Of a stretch of 64,000 nt of DNA, positions 46,546-55,036 are shown piece by piece. Every line of letters starts with the position of its first letter. Positions within the stretch are counted from its first letter, which is position 1. Position numbers and translations under genes: made by a program. Source of the DNA: an uncultured bacterium (GTDB lineage Bacteria; Acidobacteriota; Thermoanaerobaculia; Multivoradales; JAHZIX01); assembly GCA_965368975.1 (NCBI GenBank), contig CBDUPA010000013.1, positions 1 through 64,000 on the forward strand, given 5' to 3'. The notes below the pieces were generated by a model. That model did no database searches. It worked only from the letters and a program-made list of their open reading frames with translations, and was not told the origin of the DNA.

Positions 46546-47820
46546 TCAGTCACGCAGCAGCAAGCAGCGGTCCCAGCCGGCAGTGTAGGTCTCGGCCGTG
46601 TGAATATCGGCCGTGCGATCACCGGCCGCAGCCAGCAGCACCAACCCGACGCCAGCGGCGCCGCGCAGCAGACCACCACGCTCCTGCAGCTGTGCGACGT
46701 GGCCGGGCGGCGCGGTGTGGGGGCCGAAGCGATCTTCGAGCACGCCGGTCGTCGGGCTGGCACGCTTCGTGGGCTCGATCTGGTCGAGCAACTCGGCGAT
46801 CCAGGCACGCGCCGCGTCCGCCAATATCGGGTCGCCGGTCAGCTGGTAGAGGCGGTGGAAGGTGTGCGCGACGCCCGCGGTTCCATGGCAGATACCGGCA
46901 TCGCGCAGCCGGCTCGCTGGGCGTTCGGCGGCGGCGCGTGCCATCTCGACGCCGACGCTGCGCCATGCCGCTTCGTCCAGCAACTTCCCCGCCAACACCA
47001 GAGCCGCCGCCCGGCCGCACGCACCGGAGCACCACGACGGCACCTCTGGGCGGCCGCCTTCGGTGGCGCGCAGCCAGGCCACGGCCTCGTGCAGCATGTC
47101 ACCGCAGGCGTCCGTGCGGATGCCGCTGGCGGCGATTCGGGCGAGGGTGACGACCACGGCCGGGACGCCGTGTGCCAGGCCACGGTGAAACGCGCCATCG
47201 GGATGGGCGCCCTGGCGATCTTTGGGCAGTGCACTGACGGGAATGTTCCAGCTGCGTCCGTGCGGGGTCTCGACGCGCATGTGCAGCAAGTGCTCGACGA
47301 TGCGTTCCAGGCAGGCAATCGCCATCTCGCGCACGCGCTCGGATGGCCGGCGATAGCGTTCGAGGGCATAGACCGCGAAGCCTGCCAGCCCTTTGGGCAG
47401 GTCGTAGGCAAAGCTGCCGGGAGGCGCGCCGAGCGCGGTCGCCAACGCGGTGTCGATGTCGTCGTTGGCATCTTCCTCCTCGACCAGCCCCAACCGGGTC
47501 TCGACGTGCTCCACGGCCCAAGCGGTGCCACAGAAACCGGCCCACAGCGACGGTGTCAGCGACGGGATCTGACCGAGTTCGTCGATCGCCTGGTCGAGCG
47601 CCGCCTCCGCCGGCTCCGGCCGCGGCGGCTGGCTGTAGGCCCAGAACAGCGCGTTGCCAACGCGGCCGCAGTCCAGGCACATCGATCCTTGCAGGCGGGC
47701 GCGGGGGTTGTCGCTGTAGCCGACGGGCAGCGCATCGAGATGCTGGTGGATGCGCGCAGCCGCGGCGCGCGCACGCTCTGCGGTCAGTGCGTCGAGTACT
47801 GGGTCTGTCGCGGAGTGCAT
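46546..47820 (-). CDS. lanC: Second, divergent LanC-like cyclase
   Basis: YDLPKGLAG, GLAHGVPA, SWCSG and GICHGTAG motifs. Confidence 0.85.
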   Translation of the reverse strand: MHSATDPVLDALTAERARAAAARIHQHLDALPVGYSDNPRARLQGSMCLDCGRVGNALFWAYSQPPRPEPAEAALDQAIDELGQIPSLTPSLWAGFCGTAWAVEHVETRLGLVEEEDANDDIDTALATALGAPPGSFAYDLPKGLAGFAVYALERYRRPSERVREMAIACLERIVEHLLHMRVETPHGRSWNIPVSALPKDRQGAHPDGAFHRGLAHGVPAVVVTLARIAASGIRTDACGDMLHEAVAWLRATEGGRPEVPSWCSGACGRAAALVLAGKLLDEAAWRSVGVEMARAAAERPASRLRDAGICHGTAGVAHTFHRLYQLTGDPILADAARAWIAELLDQIEPTKRASPTTGVLEDRFGPHTAPPGHVAQLQERGGLLRGAAGVGLVLLAAAGDRTADIHTAETYTAGWDRCLLLRD

Positions 47821-47840
47821 TTGGGTATGCTAGCGCAAGT

Positions 47841-47866
47841 GAGAAGGGGCGCCCCCCCCCCTTCTC
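47841..47866 (-). terminator. Stem-loop downstream of the lanA genes
   Basis: GAGAAGGGG...CCCCTTCTC inverted repeat; weak U tail. Confidence 0.5.
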
Positions 47867-47888
47867 GGCAATCAGCCCTACGGTGGGA

Positions 47889-48104
47889 TCAGGCGCAGTT
47901 GACCGGCTCGACGGTATCCGTGTAGGGACAGATACAGCGAGACGGACCACACTGCGTGAAATCCGGTGACGGGTAGACCTGGCAAGAATCCGTGCACTGA
48001 ATACTGCCGCAGCCGAAGGCACCACCGGCACCGTTCAGCTGTGCGGCGTCCAGGTTTTGCAGGGTTTCACGGCTCAGGCTCAGCTTGCGGGCTCGCTTCT
48101 TCAT
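47889..48104 (-). CDS. lanA: Lanthipeptide precursor LanA2 (71 aa)
   Basis: AAGGAG SD; leader MKKRARKLSLSRETLQNLD...GAGGA; core FGCGSIQCTDSCQVYPSPDFTQCGPSRCICPYTDTVEPVNCA with 7 Cys and 8 Ser/Thr. Confidence 0.88.
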   Translation of the reverse strand: MKKRARKLSLSRETLQNLDAAQLNGAGGAFGCGSIQCTDSCQVYPSPDFTQCGPSRCICPYTDTVEPVNCA

Positions 48105-48209
48105 GTTCTTGCTCCTTGGGAAGATCCAGGGTTGGAGAATCAGAGGGCAATGCAGGAGCCCGAGCGCTGAAGGCAAACACCACCGTCAACGATCAGACTC
48201 CTCGCGTCT

Positions 48210-48422
48210 TCAGCAGTACTCCGGAATACCTGTCGCCGTCGCGGCGCAGATACAGAGAGTCGGACCACACTGCGTGAAGTTCGGCGCGGTGTACTCACAG
48301 GACTGCGAACAGTCGTCGCTGCCGCAAGCGAAACCGCCAGCTGCAGCTTGCTGCACATCGCTGGCGTCCAGGCTTTGCAGGGTCTCTCGCAGGAGACGGA
48401 GCTTACGGGCTCGCTTCTTCAT
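48210..48422 (-). CDS. lanA: Lanthipeptide precursor LanA1 (70 aa)
   Basis: GGAGG SD; leader MKKRARKLRLLRETLQSLD...AAAGG; core FACGSDDCSQSCEYTAPNFTQCGPTLCICAATATGIPEYC with 7 Cys and 8 Ser/Thr. Confidence 0.88.
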   Translation of the reverse strand: MKKRARKLRLLRETLQSLDASDVQQAAAGGFACGSDDCSQSCEYTAPNFTQCGPTLCICAATATGIPEYC

Positions 48423-48589
48423 CTTCGTGCCTCCAAGTCAGGAAGTGAGTAGAGATTCAACTTCCAAGAAGTCTATCGCAAGCCAGAAGACTCTCTTTTG
48501 TGCAAGGCCTTTTTTTACAATTATTTACATTCCGACTGATCGATGCTTCCTCTGGATTCTCGTCGGGACGACCTCCCATGCCTGGAGTC

Positions 48590-51500
48590 TCAGGCGGTGC
48601 CCTTCTTCTCCTTCTTCTTCTGCTTCTTTTTCCCCTGCCGCTGTCGAGCTAGCAAAGAGACGTACGTCTGTTGCAGCAAGTCGTACATCACCATTTCCTG
48701 CGCGCGTTGGCTCGAACGCATCAGGCGGTTGACGAACATGTGGCCGTAGCTGGGCACGATATCGCGCACCCGCCCGCGCAGTGCGCCTTCTTTCTCGAGC
48801 GCGAACAACTGCTCGATCACGGACTTCGAGCGCTTGGAGCGGGCATGCAGGGCAGCGAAGCCGGGCCAGAGCTCGCTCTCCTGATCCTGTGCTGGATCGA
48901 GGAGCGAGAAGAGATCACGCCGATGCTTGCGCACCAGGTCGGCGAGTTGGGCCTTGACGCCCTTGTTGTCGTTGGCGTCGTACTCACGACCGTACATCGA
49001 GCGCATCTGCGTCGCCAGCTCCAGCTTCTGGTCGAGGCCGAGGCCGAAGTCCTCGAACAGCATGTCGAGGCCGCGAACACCGAGGCGCCAGCGATACTCG
49101 GCGCCTTCGTCGCCATCCAGCATCCGGACAATAGCCAGCACGGCTTCGCTGTCGTACTCGAACAGCTTCTCGCTCGGCTCCATGCCGGCGGGACCGCCGT
49201 AGCGTTCCATCTCGCGCTCATAAGTGTCGAGGCGCAGGCGCCACAGACGGCCGTCGCCGAGCATTGGTGCAACCCCTTGGCGCAGCGCCGGCAAGACCTC
49301 GGCCGCCAGGCGACCGGGATCACCATGGAAGCGCAGCCGTAGATGCAGATCCGGATCCGCGTAACGGATGAAGAACCAGCTGTCGGCGGCACCGGAGCGC
49401 AGCGCTTGTCGAACCACAGGAGCGATGCCGTCCGCCAGGACCTGGTCGGCCGAGGCGGCACCCCCATAGAGCGTGGCGTACAGCCACTCCGAGCCTGGCT
49501 CGAAGCTGCGGGTGACCTGACGCGCTAGCTGCCTGTCCTGGACCTTGCCGGTAGCCGCGCCCTCCTGTGCCTCAGGCTGTGGTGGCCGGCGAGTGAACGG
49601 TAGGTTGATCTCGTGCACGAAGCGACCTTCTGGACTCTCGACGCACAGCGCTGTGTCCTCGGGGCTCGGGAACGGCTCCACCAGGCGCAGCTGCGTGCGA
49701 TCACTCACCAGCTCTACGAAGCTATCGACCAGCAGCGGGTTGGTCAGGTCGAGCAAGAGCTCATTGTCGGCGTCGGCCAGAGATACCCAGCGCGGCAGCC
49801 AGCGCTCACGGCGCCAACGCTCGACCGCCAACAAGCGCTCGGTCTCCTTGACCTTGGTCAGCGCTTCGATCTCGCTGCGCGTCACCTGCCAGCTGGCGCG
49901 CGCCAGGAGCAGATTGCCGCGCCGCACACGTGGCAAGAAGGGCAGGTTGTCGAGCGGGCCCCAGGTCCACATGACGCCCGGTGCCAGGTTCTGTGCCTGC
50001 AGTTCGCACAAGAAACGGTAGACACCAACGCTGCGACCACTGTAATTGTGGGCGCTGGTTAGCCGCGGGATGACTTCCTTGCCGAGGCTACGCGAACGTA
50101 GCAGGATGCGATTGCCGGCAACGGTCACCGTCAAGTCCGAAACCGGTAGTTGACGCTCGGCGTCGGCACCCGAGCGCCCGAGGTAGGGAATCTCATAGGT
50201 GCGCAGCACTGGCCGGCACAGGATGTTGCCGATCCGGCCTTCCGGAAGGTGCACGATCTCGGCGAACACGGCGTCGGGGCGCAAGGCCTCCTCCAGATCC
50301 ACGTGGTCGCGGACACCGGCTTCCAGCTCCGGGTCGCCGTGGCAGAAGCGGCCGAGCAGACGTGCGCCGGACGGGCCATAGGCACCGCGCAAGTGCAGGT
50401 CGAAGTCGCCCTGTGCCACAGCCTCGGACGAGGCGCCGGCGAGCACGATCATCGCCTGGAAGGCGTCGGGTAGCGGCGCCGGGTCCGTCTCGCTCAGGGC
50501 TTCGAGGTCCTTGTCGTCGAGCTCGAGTTCACGCTCCCCCGCCGCGCTCGCCAGCTGCACTCGCCGCAGCAGCCAGCTATCGCGACGGTTCCAGTTGATC
50601 TGGTTCTGCTGTTGCCGCGGTGAGCCGAGCGCCAGCCCCTGGAGCAGCGGCGCGACATCGGCACTGCGCGAGCCACTGAAACCGATGCCGGCCTCTTCGT
50701 CCAGGACGTCGAACAGCGGCATCTCGCGACCGTCACCGTAGCGCTCGGTGAACTTCTCGCGGAAGTCCGCCAAGCCCCCGCGCGAGGGCCGCGGCGTGAT
50801 GCGGTACAGCAGCTCCATGGCTTCGAGGGTCCGTTGCGACACCGCCGCCGGTAGGTGCAGGCTCTCCGCCGGTTTGACCATGTCGACCTGGAACAAGCGT
50901 GACAGTTCGACGTCGGTCGGCAGTGGATCGAGGATCTCGGCGATCGCGCGATAGCGTTGAGGTTCGGAGCCGAGCCCAGCGTTATCGATCGCGTCGATGT
51001 CGTTGCGCACACGGTCGAGCAGCTGTGCCACTGGCTTGCCGGTCTCCAGTTCCGCCAACTGTGGCACCAGAGCGTGGATCGGTTCTGGGCCGGTGACCGG
51101 TGGGCTCAGATCGCTGACCAGCAGCTGACTATCGATCAATTCGTAGACGTAGCCTAGCGCCTCTTCCTGGGTGATCTCACCGTCTGGGTCGAGGGCCACC
51201 AGCACCTGGCTCAACTCGGCGACGTTCGCTCCGTCCGGTCGGGACGCGGCCGCCAGGGCTGCCTGCAGGTACTCGTCCTCATCGACCGCCACCAGGTGGT
51301 GGGCCCGTGCCTTGCCTTGCAGACGTGCCTCGGCGTAGCGCAGCCGTCCGGCCGCGCGATACAGGCTACTCGACGGCCGGAAACGCAGCTCGCCACGCAG
51401 CGCCGGATCCTTGCTCAGCTGTTCCGTAAGAGCGAAGAGGTAGTCCATGTCCAGGCGAGTGTGGCGCTGGTAGTCGGCGAGCGGTCCGAGGTGCAACCCT

Positions 51501-52069
51501 CCAGAGGCCGGCTTCGCGGGAGCGCTTTCTCCCTCGTCGGCCGGCTGCATGTCGCCGGGTTGACCCGCTACCGGCTGGTCTTCTACGGGCTGAGTTTCTA
51601 CAGGACCGACTGAACAACCGGAGAACAGACCGAACGGCGTCGCACGGCTGGTCATGCGCAAGAAATAGCGCACCAGAGCGGCGATCGCGCGGTCGCTGGT
51701 CGCGGCTTCTCCACCCTCGACCCAGGAGGTCAGCTCTGCTTCGAGCGACGGCGAGGCGACGAAGACGGCCTCGCGCAACTCAGGGCGGCGGAACAGGTTT
51801 CGCAGCCGTTCACGCAGCAGCTTGCTGTCCGCATCGGCGGCCTCGGTCAAGTGTGCGCGCCGAGTCTCGTCGGCCCCTACGGTCTCGAGCCCAGCCGCAT
51901 CGAGCCCGGCCAGCATCTCTGGGACTTGCAGCGCATCCTGCCAGCGCAGCAATTCGTCGAAGGCCAGCAGGGGTGTGCGCAGGACGAAGAACGAGGCGGC
52001 CGCCAGCTCGGGCAGGCCGGGTACTTCCGGCAGGCCTTGGCCCGACGTGTTCCGATCAGATCGCGACAT
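48590..52069 (-). CDS. lanB: Class I lanthipeptide dehydratase LanB (glutamylation and elimination domains)
   Basis: VLRTPLL, RMTSRATPFGLFSG, LLGRF, RIGNILCRP, WFFIRYADPDLHLRLRF, YEREMERYGG and HMFVNRL. Confidence 0.94.
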   Translation of the reverse strand: MSRSDRNTSGQGLPEVPGLPELAAASFFVLRTPLLAFDELLRWQDALQVPEMLAGLDAAGLETVGADETRRAHLTEAADADSKLLRERLRNLFRRPELREAVFVASPSLEAELTSWVEGGEAATSDRAIAALVRYFLRMTSRATPFGLFSGCSVGPVETQPVEDQPVAGQPGDMQPADEGESAPAKPASGGLHLGPLADYQRHTRLDMDYLFALTEQLSKDPALRGELRFRPSSSLYRAAGRLRYAEARLQGKARAHHLVAVDEDEYLQAALAAASRPDGANVAELSQVLVALDPDGEITQEEALGYVYELIDSQLLVSDLSPPVTGPEPIHALVPQLAELETGKPVAQLLDRVRNDIDAIDNAGLGSEPQRYRAIAEILDPLPTDVELSRLFQVDMVKPAESLHLPAAVSQRTLEAMELLYRITPRPSRGGLADFREKFTERYGDGREMPLFDVLDEEAGIGFSGSRSADVAPLLQGLALGSPRQQQNQINWNRRDSWLLRRVQLASAAGERELELDDKDLEALSETDPAPLPDAFQAMIVLAGASSEAVAQGDFDLHLRGAYGPSGARLLGRFCHGDPELEAGVRDHVDLEEALRPDAVFAEIVHLPEGRIGNILCRPVLRTYEIPYLGRSGADAERQLPVSDLTVTVAGNRILLRSRSLGKEVIPRLTSAHNYSGRSVGVYRFLCELQAQNLAPGVMWTWGPLDNLPFLPRVRRGNLLLARASWQVTRSEIEALTKVKETERLLAVERWRRERWLPRWVSLADADNELLLDLTNPLLVDSFVELVSDRTQLRLVEPFPSPEDTALCVESPEGRFVHEINLPFTRRPPQPEAQEGAATGKVQDRQLARQVTRSFEPGSEWLYATLYGGAASADQVLADGIAPVVRQALRSGAADSWFFIRYADPDLHLRLRFHGDPGRLAAEVLPALRQGVAPMLGDGRLWRLRLDTYEREMERYGGPAGMEPSEKLFEYDSEAVLAIVRMLDGDEGAEYRWRLGVRGLDMLFEDFGLGLDQKLELATQMRSMYGREYDANDNKGVKAQLADLVRKHRRDLFSLLDPAQDQESELWPGFAALHARSKRSKSVIEQLFALEKEGALRGRVRDIVPSYGHMFVNRLMRSSQRAQEMVMYDLLQQTYVSLLARQRQGKKKQKKKEKKGTA

Positions 52070-52195
52070 AGTGAGTCCTCCAGGGGCGGAAAGCTACCAT
52101 ACGCATCCTCTCGATTTCAGGCTTGCGGGCACGCGCCGGGTGCCCCTACCTGCTGGCGGCGCTATACTGGAGCTGCCACCAAAAGGAGGTGTGCG

Positions 52196-52396
52196 ATGGT
52201 CAAGATGATCCATGGCAAAGACCCGCTGAGCGGCGCCGAGATCGACGTCGAAAGGTCCGAAGACGATGTCGTCGAGATCGAGGGCCGGACCCGCGAGTTC
52301 AAGCAGTCCTACCAGGCGCACTTTGGTCATGCACCGGGAGAACGGGAGCTTGAACGTTGGTACGAAGAAGGGATGCCGGAGTTCGTCCAGGACTGA
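52196..52396 (+). CDS. Small hypothetical protein (66 aa)
   Basis: AAGGAGGT SD and upstream TATACT; MVKMIHGKDPLSGAEIDVERSED...; divergent from lanB. Confidence 0.65.
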   Translation: MVKMIHGKDPLSGAEIDVERSEDDVVEIEGRTREFKQSYQAHFGHAPGERELERWYEEGMPEFVQD

Positions 52397-52417
52397 TCTC
52401 GGCGCTGGCGTCACCTG

Positions 52418-54337
52418 CTAGGGAGCCGGGCCGAAGCCGGCTTCGAGTTGGAAGCGATAGCCATCGCTCGGCTTCGGAGCGTCTTCGGGCATTGCCAGGT
52501 CGAGCTGGTACAAGTAGACGCCATCGGCCAGCCGGTCACCCTGCAGCCACCACATGCGGTGACGAGCGCGGGGCTCCTGCAGATAGATCTGGAAGCCAGT
52601 ACCGCCGGTAGCCAGGAAGACCGTGTCGCCGAGGATGCCGCCGTCGACATTGAGGCGGGCACTGCCCGGTGGTTCGAAACGGAGATAGAGGCTTTCCAGC
52701 GGTTGCGAGCTGCCAATCAGCAGCCCTCCACGCTTGCCGGTCGCCAGACGTAGGCGCTGGGCTTGCGCTCCGCCATCGCTGGCATGCAGATCGTCGGCGC
52801 TCAAGCTGGTGTCCAGCAGCTTGATCCACAGACCGTTGTGCAGGAAGTCCTCCTGGCCAGACGGCTTGAGGTGACTCTGCGTCGTTTCATAGGGCAGCCA
52901 CGCACGTGCCTGGGCTGCAACGTACGCGTAGCCGCCGCTGGCGTCACGCAAGAAGGCGCGCGGATGCAGCCAGGTGGGATAGAGAAACGGGGCGCCTAGC
53001 AGCACGGCGGTAACGGCCAGACCCACCAAGGTGCGCGGGCTCCTCTGCTGCCGCGACCCTCCCCCGCCCACCTGGGTCACGAGGAACCAGAAGGCCGGGT
53101 ACAGCGGTAGGAAGTAGCGGTTCGCCAGAGCACCGCCGCCGCCGTAGAAGTTGAAGGGGCGCACCAGCAGGAAGCACGTGACGGCCAGGGCGACCGCCAA
53201 CAGCAGCGCCCAGCGTCCGCGCCGTGGGCGGAAGGCGAGCAGGCCGAGCAGCAGCGGCAGAAAATAGGGAATGACTCCCACGTGGCGGCCGACAAGGTAG
53301 TAGACGAGGTTCCAGCGCAGCTGCGCCGCCTCGACGTCCGGCATCAAGCTAGCCGCCCGCGTCCACGAACCACCGCGTTCCTCGACTCCGCGTCGCCACG
53401 CCCCTTCCGGGTAATCGACCTCGGGAAAGCCGGTGTAGCCGTAGAAGCCTTGCCGTTCGCCGCCGTAGCTGGTCCACGTACCGCGCACCAGGAAGTTGAC
53501 GCCGATGCTGAGCACGATCACGACGGCTGCGCCAGCGACCAACGCCAAGCGTCCTTGCCGGCGGCTACTCTGGATGCGCTCCGCACCGGTATCGGCTTCC
53601 CGCAGGGCCTGCAGACCACGGGGCACCGCGAGGAAAGCGGGCAGGAAGAGCGCAGCGTAGAAGGGGCGCGAGACGGCGACAATCGCCAACAACGCTCCGA
53701 CGGTCACCCAGCGGAGAAGGAACGGCCGCCCGCCTTCTTCGCCCGGGGGCCGATAGACGTCGGGCAGCTCGTCATGGGCCCACACGGCATCGGCGCGCCC
53801 ACGGTAGGCCAGCGCCAGAGCGATAGCGCTACAGCTCATCAGAAAGAGGTCAGCGTGGACCCAGAAGACGTGGGCGAAGGTCACCGAGCCGAAGACGAAG
53901 ACGGTGACCCACAGCGGCGCTGCCAGCGAGCCCAGGCGAGGCACGAGCGTGCGTGCCGCCAGGAACGACGCGAGTGTCAGCAGAAGTACATTGGCGATCA
54001 AAGGCCCACGGACCGGCGCCAGGCGTACAAAGGGAGCCAGGTACGCCGAATAGAAGACCGGCTTGCCGTAGACGAAGGATTGCCCACCGTCCGGACTCTG
54101 CAAGATCAAGCCGTCGGGACGCCGCTGCCAGGTGTCGAGGAAGCGGTCGTAGTCAGCGCGTGAGTAGGTGATGTCGAGGTCGTAGGCGAGGCTTCCCGCT
54201 TGCATCAAATAGGCGGCTTCGTCGCCCACCAGCTGCGGCCACTGGCGGCGGTCGAAAGTCAGGGCACCGAGCAACAAAGCCAGCAACAGACTGCCGAGGA
54301 GCCCCCAGCCGACGAATGCGCTCAAACGTGCTTTCAT
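52418..54337 (-). CDS. Polytopic membrane protein, probable GT-C fold glycosyltransferase
   Basis: First TM followed by a GDEAAY acidic loop, many TMs, and an NRYFLP motif. Confidence 0.6.
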   Translation of the reverse strand: MKARLSAFVGWGLLGSLLLALLLGALTFDRRQWPQLVGDEAAYLMQAGSLAYDLDITYSRADYDRFLDTWQRRPDGLILQSPDGGQSFVYGKPVFYSAYLAPFVRLAPVRGPLIANVLLLTLASFLAARTLVPRLGSLAAPLWVTVFVFGSVTFAHVFWVHADLFLMSCSAIALALAYRGRADAVWAHDELPDVYRPPGEEGGRPFLLRWVTVGALLAIVAVSRPFYAALFLPAFLAVPRGLQALREADTGAERIQSSRRQGRLALVAGAAVVIVLSIGVNFLVRGTWTSYGGERQGFYGYTGFPEVDYPEGAWRRGVEERGGSWTRAASLMPDVEAAQLRWNLVYYLVGRHVGVIPYFLPLLLGLLAFRPRRGRWALLLAVALAVTCFLLVRPFNFYGGGGALANRYFLPLYPAFWFLVTQVGGGGSRQQRSPRTLVGLAVTAVLLGAPFLYPTWLHPRAFLRDASGGYAYVAAQARAWLPYETTQSHLKPSGQEDFLHNGLWIKLLDTSLSADDLHASDGGAQAQRLRLATGKRGGLLIGSSQPLESLYLRFEPPGSARLNVDGGILGDTVFLATGGTGFQIYLQEPRARHRMWWLQGDRLADGVYLYQLDLAMPEDAPKPSDGYRFQLEAGFGPAP

Positions 54338-54346
54338 GGCCGCAGT

Positions 54347-55036
54347 CTACTCCGCTCCGGCCTGCATTGGGGTGGCTGCTGCTTTCCTCTGGACGGCCTC
54401 GTACATGGCCTCGACCACCGCCTCGGCTTCCAGTCCGCTGGTATCGAGCACGGTGTACGAGGCGTCGTGGGTCAGCGGTGACTCTTCACGGTTGGCGTCG
54501 CGTTCGTCACGAAGCACGATCTCCGCTTCGAGAGCTTCGCGGTCAACGCTCTCACCGCGTTCCTCCAGCTGGCGAGCTCGCCGCTCGGCGCGCACACCTG
54601 GGTGCGCGGTGAGGAAGAACTTGTGCGGCGTCTCGGGCACGACGCGCGTGCCGATGTCGCGACCTTCGAGCACACCGCCGAGGCGGTGGGCCGACTCCTG
54701 CTGCAACTGCACCAGGTAGCGCCGCACTGCCGGCTGGACCGCCACGCGCGAGGCGGCTTGCCCGGCTGCTTCCGTGCGGATGTGTGCCTCGACGTCCTCG
54801 CCATCAAGCAGCACGTGCACGGTGCCACCCTCCGCGGCGAGACGCAAATCCAGCCCCTCGACCAGCGCGGTGATGGCGTCGCGGTCCTCCAGGTCGATAC
54901 CGCGTCGCAAGGCCTGCAAGCCGACCGCCCGGTACATGGCACCAGTATCGAGATAGGGAATCCCGAGGCGTGCGGCGAGCGTACGGGCAGCGGTGCTCTT
55001 ACCGACGCCGGCCGGCCCGTCGATGGCGATGATCAC
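54347..55036 (-). CDS. cmk: Cytidylate kinase
   Basis: IAIDGPAGVGKST, LDTGAMYRA and EGRDIGT. Confidence 0.97.
   Translation of the reverse strand: MIIAIDGPAGVGKSTAARTLAARLGIPYLDTGAMYRAVGLQALRRGIDLEDRDAITALVEGLDLRLAAEGGTVHVLLDGEDVEAHIRTEAAGQAASRVAVQPAVRRYLVQLQQESAHRLGGVLEGRDIGTRVVPETPHKFFLTAHPGVRAERRARQLEERGESVDREALEAEIVLRDERDANREESPLTHDASYTVLDTSGLEAEAVVEAMYEAVQRKAAATPMQAGAE

Noticed and set aside
48590-52069. Thiopeptide cluster
   Set aside because: LanB is full length, LanC genes are present, and there is no YcaO or dehydrogenase
31441-52400. Active integrative element or prophage at tRNA-Leu
   Set aside because: No integrase, phage or transfer genes, and no att direct repeat found by eye
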